Assembly (NCBI RefSeq): GCF_963921235.1
Contig: NC_086109.1
Location: forward strand, 14,696,001-14,760,000
Length of the DNA stretch: 64,000 nt
Direction: 5' to 3'
Source of the DNA: Mobula hypostoma
Taxonomy: Eukaryota
Every line of letters starts with the position of its first letter. Within the stretch, counting starts at the first letter, position 1. Below are positions 36,160 to 47,730 of the stretch, in pieces. Position numbers and translations under genes: made by a program. Under the pieces are notes generated by a model. The model saw only the letters and a program-made list of their open reading frames with translations. It was not told the DNA's origin and did not search any database.

Positions 36160-37095
36160 GGGTGGAGGGAGTGAGACAGGGAGAGGGGGGAGGAGGGAGG
36201 AGGGAGAGCAGAAGAGGGAGGAGAGGAGAGGGAGTGAAGAGGAAGAGAGACAGAGAAACAGCGGGAGACAGAAGCAGAGGGCAATGGAGTCGGATAGGGA
36301 AGGGAAGAGAAATAAAAAGAGCAAGAGAGAGAACAAAAGTGAAAGAAAGGATATGATAGACCAAACAATTCAGAGAACGAGAGAACGGGTGAGAGGGGGA
36401 GACAGAGAGACAGAAGGTGGGAGAGTGGGAGACAGAATGAGAGAAAGAATGAGGGAGAGAGGGAGAGAAAGAATGAGAATGGGAGGGAGGGAGAGAGGGA
36501 GAGAAAGAATGAGAATGGGATGGAGGGAGAGAGGGAGAGGGAGAGAGGGAGAGGGAGGGAGAGAGGGAGAGGGAGGGAGGGAGAGGGAGGGAGGGAGAGA
36601 GGGAGGGAGGGAGAGGGAGGGAGGGAGGGAGAGAGGGAGGGAGGGAGAGGGAGGGAGGGAGAGGGAGGGAGGGAGAGGGAGGGAGGGAGAGAGGGAGGGA
36701 GGGAGGGAGAGGGAGAGAGGGAGGGAGGGAGGGAGAGGGAGGGAGAGAGGGAGAGAGAGAGGGAGGGAGGGAGAGAGAGAGGGAGGGAGGGAGGGAGAGA
36801 GGGAGGGAGGGAGAGAGGGAGGGAGGGAGGGAGGGAGGGAGGGAGGGAGAGAGAGAGGGAGAGAGGGAGGGAGAGAGGGAGGGAGAGAGGGAGGGAGAGA
36901 GGGAGAGGAGAGAGGGAGGGAGGGAGAGGGAGGGAGGGGGAGGGAGAGAGGGAGGGAGAGAGGGAGGGAGGGAGGGAGAGAGAGAGGGAGAGAGGGAGGG
37001 AGAGAGGGAGGGAGGGAGGGAGAGAGGGAGGGAGGGAGAGAGGGAGGGAGGGAGAGAGAGAGGGAGAGAGGGAGGGAGGGAGGGAGAGAGGGAGA
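36160..37095 (+). repeat. Polypurine (GGGA/GAGA)n tract
   Basis: About 570 bp (36522-37095) with essentially only G and A. Confidence 0.95.
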
Positions 37096-37589
37096 GTGAC
37101 TGAAAGAAAGCAAGACGCAGAGAGACATTTAATCTCCTGAACGACTCTACAAATCATCAGCTTCGCTGTTTCCTCTCCCCATCACCCAAGGACAGCTGTA
37201 ATCAGCCTAGCTATGAATGCAGTCAGCTGTCAGCACTCTCCTCTCTACAGCCCAATGTTTGGCCCCTTCTGCACATTCCAGCCTCTCTATTACCACAGTC
37301 AATGCCCTCTCAAATCCGATTAGTATTTTGCAAAGTCTAATAACCAGCTTCTTCTGCTTCTTTACATCAAGAGCTCAGAAACAGACAAATACTAATTGGT
37401 TGCCATGGATACCTGGCAGGAAACACAGCAGGAACCCATCCCGTAAGCAAGGACCAGAATTGATTTATTTACGACAAGGAATGAGGCATCGTGACTAATT
37501 AATGCAATGAATAGACATTCCCACAAATAAACAAATCCAGCCGGGAAGACCTTTGTTAAAACGCTCCTTCAGTGAGCGCCAAGACTTAC

Positions 37590-37662
37590 CGGGCACCTGC
37601 TCCTGGACACTTTGGTGGCTTGCTTCAGGAGGGCTTTTAACTCCCTCCTGCATCCTTCTTCC
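37590..37662 (-). other. Candidate 73-bp exon of an unidentified host gene
   Basis: Acceptor ctttcccgtcttgtcAG, donor CCG|GTAAGT, ATG at 37653 (MQEGVKSPPEASHQSVQEQVP) in a repeat-free island. Confidence 0.3.
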
Positions 37663-38130
37663 CTGACAAGACGGGAAAGCCCACCATACCCCGCCGGCAC
37701 TGCACCCCCTCCAATGTTCCCACCCCGCGGGAAGGGCTGGTAGGTGGATGCTGCAGGCACACTCTCTGAGCATGCTCAGTGCCTGTGGAATCCCAAGGTA
37801 TTCCGGGAGGGGTGGTGGGGGGGGCGGAATGGGTCGTCACATGATCTACTATAAACCAGGATTATTACCACAAAAAGCCGTGGCTGCTGTGTGCTCTGGA
37901 CTCCCTTTCCAGCTGACAGTCAGGCAGGAATTCAGGAAGAATTATCACTTCGGAGGCAGATCTACTTATTTATCAAAAACATACAGTGAAACAGGTTATT
38001 TGCGCTAACAGCCAACACAAGCTAAGAGTGTGCTGGGGGCAGCTCGCAAGTGTGGCCACGCATTCTGCGCCGGCATAGTGTGAGCCCAGTGCTCGCTAGA
38101 ACAACACAGAATACAACAAGCAATAAAACA

Positions 38131-38318
38131 AAAATACAAGAGATTCTGCAGAAGCTGGAAATCCAGAGTAACACACACACACGCACGCAAAATGCCAGAG
38201 GGATTCAGAGGGTCAGACAGCATCTATGGAAAGGAATAAAGAGTCAACATTTCAGGCTGAGACCCCTCATCGAGACTCACCGAGAACTGCCGAGCTCCTC
38301 CAGCATTTTGTGAGTGTT
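38131..38318. mobile_element. Older fold-back Penelope-like terminus
   Basis: Minus arm ending at ...CATCGAGACT (decayed hammerhead) joined to a short plus arm CTCCTCCAGCATTTTGTG. Confidence 0.7.
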
Positions 38319-38329
38319 AACAATGAAAA

Positions 38330-38655
38330 CCTCCAAGAGGACCACAATCTCGCTGTGGTTTGGAGGTTTGTGTGCCTCAATGATCCGGAGAGCTATTTTG
38401 GCTGGAGTCAGGGCTTTATGCTTTGGCTCTTGGTGGGGTCACCCATGTCAAACAGGTCAAAGGGTAAAGGCCAGACTAAGAGTGGTCCACCGATCCTCCA
38501 GGTTCAGGGGTTCACCTCAGGGCTAACAACCCTGACTGGCCAAACAAAACTGTTACGGAAACAGCAATGAAGAATCTTTCTACATCTGAGTGGCCAAGGA
38601 CAGACAGACCTTCATTGCTGCCCTAAACGCCAGCGGCATAACAAGCACTAAGTAA
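38330..38655 (+). mobile_element. Non-autonomous RTE-clade element (5' UTR fused to 3' end)
   Basis: 5' part GTGGTTTGGAGG..CTCAATGATCC..GGTCACCCATG..AAACAGGTC..GGCCAGACTAAGAGTGGTCCA resembles RTE/Rex3/Bov-B 5' ends; 3' TTCATTGCTGCCCTAAACGCC..(TAAG)n. Confidence 0.7.
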
Positions 38656-39744
38656 CAAAACAAGTCCCCGTTCCACCCTCCCACCCATACACACACAGAC
38701 AGTCCTCCAATTCACAGGACAGGCCGCACTGTGAAGAATCTGTGAAGTTTATGGTTGCGCCAAAGGCAGAGGTTTGATTTCCTATTTGCTCATCCAATAG
38801 GAATGTTGGAAAAGCTATTAAACAAATGTTGGTCAAGAAAGGCTTTTATTCTGCAAGATAATGATGCTTCCCCCTTCTACCTTCTGGGAGAAGATGAATT
38901 TTCTAATGCAACACCAGTGCCTCTGGAATATGCTGGGTTTCTTCGAAGGCTGGCATTACTCCCAATTTCTGAGCCAGGAAGCCATACATTTGAAGTGTTG
39001 GCAATGTGAAATTTGACCTGGTAATCATGGGCAGCTTCCATGCCATTGTTGAGGGGCACCACACAGTTTTAAGACTCCCTGTCCTATTATGCGTCCCAAA
39101 GCTGGCCAGCATTCCTTCCACCGAATGGTATCAGATAGGCAGATCGTTCCATGTCACCGGGTGTATTTAAAGCAGAGGCCAATAGCATCTTGACTAGTAA
39201 GGGGTCAAAGGTTGCAGGAATAGGGCAGGGGAATGGGGTTGAGAGGAAAACTAAATCAGCCAAGATTAAATGGGCCGAATGGCCCAAGTCTGCTCTTATG
39301 TCTTAAGGTCTTACATGGGAACTTGAAAGCCTGGACACAAGAATCAAGAATAGCTTCTTCCCCCTCTGCTATCTGATCTCTGAGCTAATAGCTTCTTTCA
39401 CATTCCCTTCCCACATTCTCAAGCCCTGAATTCTAATTCTTTCAGCTATTCTTTTACCATTTTTTTTGGCTCTACCTCAGATTGCAGAGCAATCTTTTCA
39501 CCCTTCCATTGTTTTCCACTAGGAACTGTCTTTATTACTCTTTTTATTACTGCCATCAATATTGTCTGTGAGATTTATGTGACCAGGGAATTTCATTGCA
39601 CCCCGGTGTATATAACAATAAACTAATCTAAGTTCTGAATCAGATCGGGCAGCATCCTTCACAAGGAAAATAAAGTAATGTTTCGGATCGATGTTAGAAC
39701 TGGGAAAAAGAAGAAATAAAGTAAGTTTCAAGTTGCATATAAAA

Positions 39745-40022
39745 AAAACTGAAGGAAGTGTTGTGATAGGATGAAGAACAGGAGACAGCATGGTAGGGTA
39801 GGAAAACTGAAGGAAGTGCTGTGATAGGACGAGGAACAGGAGACGGCATGGTAACATAGGAAAACTGAAGGAAGCGCTGTGATAGGACGAGGAACAGGAG
39901 ACGGCATGGTAACATAGGAAAACTGAAGGAAGTGCTGTGATAGGACGAGGAACAGGAGACGGCATGGTAACATAGGAAAACTGAAGGAAGCGCTGTGATA
40001 GGACGAGGAACAGGAGACGGCA
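39745..40022 (+). repeat. 58-bp minisatellite, about 4.8 copies
   Basis: Units start at 39745, 39803, 39861, 39919, 39977 (AAAACTGAAGGAAGYGCTGTGATAGGACGAGGAACAGGAGACGGCATGGTAACATAGG). Confidence 0.97.
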
Positions 40023-40272
40023 CAGTAGTGCAGCGGTCAGCGTAACGCAATTGCAGCACCAGAAACCCGGGTTCAATTCCCGCCACTCTCTGTTGGAGTT
40101 TGCACCGTGTGGGTTTTCTCCAGGTGCTCCGGTTTCCTCCCACTTTCGAAAAACGTAAGGGTTAGTAGGATAATTGGTCACGTACCTATAAATGGGCAGA
40201 GTGGCCTCATGAACCAGGAGGGCCTGTTACCATGCTGTACCTCTTAATAAATTAACTAACACACAAATAAAT
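40017..40272 (+). mobile_element. HE1-like SINE
   Basis: GGCACAGTAGTGCAGCGG..CCGGGTTCAATTCC..GGTGCTCCGGTTTCCTCCCAC. Confidence 0.85.
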
Positions 40273-40877
40273 AAATATGAGGGAGTGAATAATACAGATG
40301 TTGGTGGTGATGACTGAGAGGTGAAAGGTGGTGAAGGGCAGACCAGATGGGAAGTCAAGGAGATTAACTTCTCAGGTGCAGACCAAACCTAGCTAATGGA
40401 CAGGTTCCGTAGAGATCTATAAATTGATTTGTCCAGGTCTGCGATTTCTTGTACAATAAGCTAGAACCCTGACCTCACCATATACCTCTTCCTGGACTTG
40501 TATCTTATTGTCTGCCTGTACTGGCCGTTCTCTGTCGTGGTAACACTTCACTTCAGAGTCTGTTATTGCTTTTCTCTTGCACAACCCCAATGTACTGATG
40601 TGATGAAATGATCTGTAGGGATGGCAGGCAAAACCATATTGTTCAGTGTACCTGTCCTGCATGTGACAATAATCAACCAATTACTGTAAGCAATTTTAAA
40701 AAAAGCACTTAGCACGGTAACCACACCTCCACGGTATTGTAATGAAGGACGTGAAAAGCACATAAAAGTCATAAGAAAGAATAAACACCATAAGTGGAGA
40801 GATAGGATACTGCTTCTGCCATTTAAAAGAACACATATTATTTGTATGTACTTTTGGAATTAATGATTTGTTCAGAG

Positions 40878-40957
40878 CAGGGGTTCCTAAATATTTTTAT
40901 GCCATGCAGCCCCACCATTAACCAAGGGGTCCGTAGACCTCAGATTGGGAACCCCTG
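40878..40957. mobile_element. 80-bp hAT MITE
   Basis: CAGGGGTTCCTAA...TTGGGAACCCCTG; TSD GTTCAGAG / GTTTAGAG (7/8). Confidence 0.9.
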
Positions 40958-41093
40958 GTTTAGAGGCACAGAACACTACAGAACAGAAACAGTCCCTTCA
41001 GCCCATCTAGTCCATGCCAAATCATTAATATGCCTAGTCCCATGAACCTGCACCCATACCAAAGCCCTCCATACCCCTCCCATTCATGCACCT

Positions 41094-43531
41094 CAGTATT
41101 TCCCAACCTTCTTCAGCCTAACGCCCCCCTGAAGCACTTTCATACTTACCAACAGCCCTCTTAAGCATAATATACTTTCTGGCATCCCCACTGTGTGAAG
41201 CTATGTCTACCAAATGCTAGCATGAGAAAAATGATGCTGCTTTAAACTTTTTATTTGTCTTCAAATCTAGCTTACACAGTACCTGCGTGCTGTACAGCAG
41301 CTTCGATATCAATATGATCCTTGAACTTGATGATGTTTAGCAAGAGTTGAAATATCTGGTTCAAGTTGTGACGGCAAAAGCTTTAAGCCCCCACGTGTAA
41401 CAATGTCCAAGCAGTTTCTGTTTTTTGTGAGTATGTGGTTCACTGCACTGAAGCCTCTTTCAACAAGGTAGAAGGGTGGAAATGCAATGAAGAGCTGATT
41501 GGATCTTCTCCAAAGACCAGGAAACTTTGTATGCCAATGTAGCCACATACTACAAAAACTGACATTTTTGAAAAGCATTTTTGTTTCTTCATCGTTCTGA
41601 ATTTTGATCATTTCTTCTTGCAAGCTCTCTTCCTATATTTCCACCTTGCGAAGAACTGGGTTAATTACCCAGTGTGGAATTTCCAGATCATTCAAATCCT
41701 TGAATTGATTCTGAAAGTCCTTCTTCAGTGACCTGCAGATGTAAGAAGGACTCTTGCAAATCACCATCTATGAAAGAGAGTGCCATACTTTCCAAGCAGG
41801 GAAACTGTGAAAATGTTCTTCTCCCAATACTAATATATTTCAAAATTTCTCATAAAAATGGACACTGCACTTTTTGCCTGCATTAAATTGAAATTCTCAC
41901 CTTGCAGTTTCGTATATAAAATGTTCATTTTGTCATACAGTCCGCAAGGTATGGCACATCACGTAGAAGTTCAATCTTGTTTCCCAAGCTCTTGTCAACT
42001 TTGAGCGAAAAATTCAACCACAATGCCAAAAAGATCAAAAAAACATTTTAAGCTCAGCCTTTTGATAGCCAATGCACTTCAGTGTGAAGAAGCAAGCATT
42101 CAAACTCCTCATCATTATCTTGGCATAACTGGTGAAATATTCTGCTATTTAATGGATGAACTTTAATTTTGTTGATAGCAGACATTACAAGAGTCGTGCT
42201 TGAAAAAAGTCGCTGCCTGAGGTTTTTGGCTGCGACATGTTGACGATGAATTACACGATGGATTGCAAACAGACTTGAAATTTCTTTTTTCATAAACGCC
42301 ACTAAATCAGCATGGTGATCTGTCATATATGGTGCTCCATCTGCTGCACAAGAAGTCATGTTCTTAATCGAAACACTTTTATCCTCAAAATATATTTTGA
42401 GGTTGTCATAGATTGATTTTCCGTTGGTATTTGTTTTTAACTTTTTACAAAACTTTCATAAACTTTTCCGTTTTTTATAAACTATACATATGCCATTAGC
42501 AATGCCTCATTGTCTCGCACCATTGACTCATTCAGTTGCATCCCAAATTCTGTTTTTCGTAGCTCTGTGAATAGTTGATACTCAGTGTCTTCACTCATTT
42601 TGTCAATGTGATGAGCTAGAAAGTTATTAATCAGAGGAATTGCTTTTAAAATACTGGTATCCATTTTGAGAACGGTGGTAAGCACTTTTGATACAGCAGG
42701 CATTATTAATCTTTCAACAATTATGTGAGAGTTTCCACACTTTGCTATCATGTTGGAAGTGCTATAAGAAGCAATTGGACCACTATCAAGGTAATTTTTA
42801 GCTTTCTTGGCAAATGATGAGTGTGCAATGCTTTTTAAATGCTTCTTTCATCTTCTGGAACTGAATAATGCCATAAGTAGCCTTTTCAGGGTGTCTTTTA
42901 TGGAAGTGTTTCTGCAACCTTAATGGGTTCATAGCTTCATTAGACAGTACAGTATTACAAATAGGACACATGGGGGGTTGTTAATCTGATGGGAAGAGAA
43001 TGAAACCATACTCCAGGTACGTAACACTGTATTGATGCACTTTCTGCAGTTTCTGTTTCTTAGTGGGATCAGAATTCAAGGCTTCACTGCTTTCAGACTC
43101 ATAGAGAACATGCCGTACATAGTTATCCATCATTAACGGGGCTAAGTTAAAATAAAAAATTAACATAAACTTGGAATACCTGTTAAATGTTGATGATGGC
43201 AGCGAGTTGACATATATGGAATGACTGTAGCGGCACGCAAAGGAACGGCGAGGTGGAGATGAAGATGATCACAACAGTGAAAATTACGTTGACAAGGATT
43301 CAGATTGGAATCTGAACGTTAGTCGGGATAGAGCTGGCGTTCGGCAAGCTACCTTTATACTATTCCAGTTAGCGCATTTGACTGATTACTTAAAGTCTCC
43401 TAATTATAGTGCCATAGCTAGAATGCCACTTATTACCCACCCCCCCACCAAGAATTTTGAATGCCCCCTGTTAACTTCATTTTTTCTGATACCTCCTTTG
43501 GACACTTAACCGCCCCCATTGGGAATCACTG
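41094..43531 (-). mobile_element. Full-length hAT (Buster/Charlie group) transposon, 2438 bp, inserted in a CR1 3' end
   Basis: TIRs CAGTATTTCCCAA / TTGGGAATCACTG (11/13); TSD ATGCACCT / ATGTACCT (7/8); CR1 continuous either side. Confidence 0.93.
41309..43132 (-). pseudogene. Disrupted hAT transposase
   Basis: QYSVTYLEYGF, BED-like PMCPICNTVLSNEAM..LQKHFHKRH, FGMQLNES, CAADGAPYM, LLLHTEVHWLSKG, YLVERGFSAV; several stops and frameshifts. Confidence 0.9.
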
Positions 43532-45205
43532 ATGTACCTACCTAAATTTCTCTTAGTTGTTGAAACTAAACCCACATCCATCACTTTCCCTGGCAGCTTT
43601 TTCCACACTCTCTCCACCCTCTGAGTGAAGAAGTCCCCCTCCCCCATGTTCTCCTTAAACAGTTCACTTTTACCCTTAACCCATGACCTCCAGTTCTAGT
43701 CTCACCCAAACTCTGGATGTATGTGGGATGTCCATAAATCAGGTGTTCATAACCTGGGTGGCCTACTGAAGGCGAGGCAAAACAATTTCCTTAACCCACT
43801 CTCATCTGCATACAATTATTTTGTACTAATTAGAGGGTCTCTTCTTAAAACTTTGGGTTCAGTTTAAGGCTTTGCAAACTTCTCTTGTGATAGAAACCAG
43901 TGCAGGAGATGAACGAGGCTGGTCACCCACCCTTTCTTCTTCAAACCTTCCTGCACAGACTTCTGCCAACAAGGATACTTCTAGGGGGTTCCAAACCAAT
44001 TTGCTGTAAATAATAAGGGGTGTATAACACCTTAAGGCAGATCAACTCACCATAGACTATGGTTATGATCTTTCTAGTTCACCTATTCTTGTCCCCAGTA
44101 CCACCCAACCGCCCCACTGAGCCAAAGCAAGAGTTATTTCCTTCAAGCTGGGACACAGGCACAGCTACTGCTTGGGGTGGCTTTAATTAATTCTTCATAC
44201 ATTTTAAAAACAGACCAATGGTGCAAGCATCCGACAGATTCAGACATGGCCTCAGGCAGTGAGCCTCCCTTATCTCTTCCTCAGGCTGCATTAGATTAAA
44301 TAATTAGGCTAGCATTTGGACACAGTGAGGGAACTACGCCTAAAATTTTCAACTGAAACATATTTGCAATAATCACAGACTTGAAATCTCCCACAAACTG
44401 CTAATTTTAGCATTATATATTTTTAAAAAATAGCCTCTTTCTTTAGGACTGTGACACCATCATTAATGCACTAATACACAAATACACAAAACCCGGACTT
44501 CAAAAGAGGCGGAGGTTTATCCGTATGACACAATATATAATCTATGTATGTTGAGTCTTTGAGCTCTTTCCACAGACTGCATTGTTTCAAAACAGCCTTG
44601 CAACATGACTCTCCTGCCAGAAAAAATCACATTATATCAGCATAAAAAAATGCACAGAATAAACTATAAATTTAGGTAGATACACTGCTTCTTCCGCACT
44701 TTAGTAGAAAGTATTTTCATACATATTCTTTTTGATCAAAGTAACAAATCAATTTGCAGGCTTCAAATAATTATAACTGGATTTTTACTGAATAATCAAC
44801 TATCTTAAATCAAGTCTCAGTTCTGGCTTTGACTTATTATCATCACACTTAACAAAATACAGTGAAAAGCCCTTGTTTGCATTCCATCCAGACAGATCAT
44901 TCCACTTACAAGTACATCGAGATAGTAAAAAGAAAACAGAGTGTGGAATAAAATATTACAGTTACAGAGAAAGTGCAGTGCAGGGAAATAAGTTTCAGGC
45001 GTCTTCCTGATCTCTTCATGGGTTTTCTTAGCCTCCCTAGGAGGCTGCTTTGCACTGTTTGACTCTGATTTGAACTCAGGGCTCAGTTCTGCTTCTTCAT
45101 CTTACTGCTACAGTCCCTCAACACTACGCTGAATCCAATTTGTGCAGATTGCCATGTCAAGCTACTCACCATCGAGACTGGCTTCATCTCTAGCAGACAT
45201 CTTGT

Positions 45206-45550
45206 GATCGACAAGAACACCAGATTTTGTCACCAGTTCCAACCAAATGTCATTTAGTCCTGCAAACCTCCACTGTGGTTTCTATCTTTATTTGGGTGAC
45301 CTTGACTTCCCCAGGGAGATGAGGAACACAAACTTACCTTATCCCTCAAAAACTGTTCCCTCTTATTAGTGTGAGAGCAATGCTTGATCTACAAGAACAT
45401 TAGATTTTGTCACTACTTTCCACCAAAGGCATTTTAAGGTTCTGGAAACCTTTATTGTGCTTTCTATCTTTATTTTGTGTGGCCTTAACTTGCCAGGGGG
45501 TGACTAGGAACACAAACTCACTACATTCTTGAAAGCCTGTTAGTGTGAGA
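45206..45550. repeat. Diverged tandem duplication, period about 180 bp
   Basis: GATC.ACAAGAACA..AGATTTTGTCAC..TTTCTATCTTTATTT..AGGAACACAAACT..TTAGTGTGAGA at 45206 and 45386. Confidence 0.85.
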
Positions 45551-45939
45551 AGAACATTTTTGAGTCAAATAGAAAATAAAATCTGAAATGAAGAAGCCAC
45601 TGACATGAAATGTTAATTGTCTCTCTTTCCACAGAGGTTACCTGATCTTAGGTTGTTTCAAGCATTTTCAGATTTCCAGCATTAGTTTTGACGTTCAATG
45701 TTTTTGAGTAAACTGCTTCTGTGAACTTCAGAGACAGAGCATTGAATCTGTGACCTCTGTAGTATTCAGGACATCTTCAAATCTGAAATTATATTTGCTG
45801 TCAATTTCACCTCCAACTGTGCTCCCTGTGATTGTAACTACAGCAATTCACTTCTTGGACGATGACCCATAGGACTGGCTGAAGAACAAATGCTGAGCAT
45901 CAAATGTTTAAATTTGATCAAATATAATGACACGCTTCA

Positions 45940-47730
45940 GGCACTGTTTAGTAAAAAATAGAGTGAACATTCCTCAAGTATTATAAAATGATTTCAGAAG
46001 TGTTTCCACAATGTGTGCTCTATGGTAATGTGCTGTCAAATAAAACCTTTAAATACAAACAAGACGCATTTGGCAGCAGAACGTTCAAAGTAGGAAGGAA
46101 AACCTCATGATCTTCAAGAACTAACAAACAATACCTTCACAGTGCAAAAGTTCAAAAGAGAGTTCAGACCTACTGCTCAATGTGTGGCGCAATACAAGAA
46201 CAAAATTTGGACCTACAGTATCTGCTTGAATAAAAAGCAAGCTAGAATTATGAATGTTTCACATTTCTATTTATCAAGCCAAGAAATTTTGGCTTGTAGT
46301 ACATTACACTGTAATGATTAAATAAACTTATTCAAGATTCTGAGATAATGCGGCAGGCTTGAAACTATCTCACCAAGTTAGCCTGTGCACAGCAAAGGAG
46401 AATAAACCTCACACAATATTGTTGAAGGGCCTCACACAATATTGTCTGTAAAATGCTTCAAGGTAAAAAAGCTTCAGGAAAGTGAATTCTATTCCCCTAC
46501 AAATGATACAGCTGCAAATTGCTTCTCGTGATATTTCAGAGAGCTTTCTTGGAGAAATTGCAGTGGTACAAAGGAATTGCCATTCAGACCAATGAGGCAA
46601 CAGCTGAACCAGGCCCACCTTGGTTTTTATTATTTGTTAGGTTTGTGGACGATGGGAACATTCAAGAGGAATTTCTTCTCTGTGATGAGTTTGACAAGCA
46701 AAGACTAGTGGGTTCAAAGTTAAAGGAATTGCAGTTGGAATGCATACAGATGATATCAAGAGCATGAACGTTTGCAAGTGAGGTTCCTGGCTATAACCTC
46801 AAGAAGCAACTTTATTCACCATATACTGTACATATATTTAGGGTGTCAAAATGGTTGTTGTGATGTGTCTAGTGTGGTAATATAGTGGGTAGTGTTCGTC
46901 GCTCTCATTTTCAGCTTCAACCAGTGGCTAGGAATATGCCGTGGTGTGATGGTGAAAGATCCTCAACAAAAAAAATTCTACAATTATAAAGAATAAAGAA
47001 TTACATAAAAATAGAGTATAGATATGGAATAAAATGTGCATAAATATCAGCATGTATTTACGACGTAAAGAGCTTTTAAAAAAAAATGATTTAAGTACCG
47101 GTTGACAGGTTAATTGGTCATTGTAAATTGTCCCGTGATTAGGCTAGGGTTAAATCGGAGGATTGCTGGGTTGCACGGCTCGAAGGGCTGCAAGGCCCTA
47201 CTCCGTGCTGTATCTCAATAAATACATAGGACAGTGCAGTGACTGAGGTAATAGATTGGGGGGGGGGGGGTGGATGTAAACTAGTACTGAATTTTGCACA
47301 AGGAACTTTTACCCAAAACATTGCAGTTTAAACCTGAGTGAAGCATCAGATTAAATTAGTGAACTTGGCAAGGAGGCATCAAGTGCAAGTGGTGTGCTCA
47401 GTGCTCTCCAAAGAGATGGCAGCTACCCACGAGCAGTTCCAGTTCCAGGCCAAGCTATGGGGAAAGGTGCTGAAGGTCTGTGAGAACAGAGGGATGTGCC
47501 AGCATTTCTACAGGATGGCAAGTCTGAACTCTCAGGCCTCTTTCCTGATTCCAGTTAGTTGTATGGTTCATTTATTTGTTGGACATTTTCAGAAAGTTGT
47601 ACAAGTTGGACTTGGGCTGTCATGGGAGGGAGTCCAAGATACTAACTCTCTTTCGCTGCTTTTCAAAGTACATCTGAAATTCTGGCATTCTAGACCTTGT
47701 CACGAGCCCTGCACTTCCTGCCTTTCTTGA
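45940..47730 (+). pseudogene. Highly decayed Charlie-type hAT transposase remnant, interrupted by LINE/SINE debris
   Basis: IAIQTNEAT..LLFVRFVDDGNIQEEFLLC (46519..46767) and LSKEMAATHEQF..WGKVLKV (47338..47730). Confidence 0.65.

Noticed and set aside
36078..37157. ORFs of 200-359 aa
   Set aside because: Translation of the (GGGA/GA)n tract
39745..40022. CRISPR-like regular array
   Set aside because: Units are near-identical end to end with no unique spacers and no cas genes; it is a minisatellite
41309..43132. Domesticated ZBED5/SCAND3-like gene
   Set aside because: Multiple stops and frameshifts, with TIRs and TSD still present
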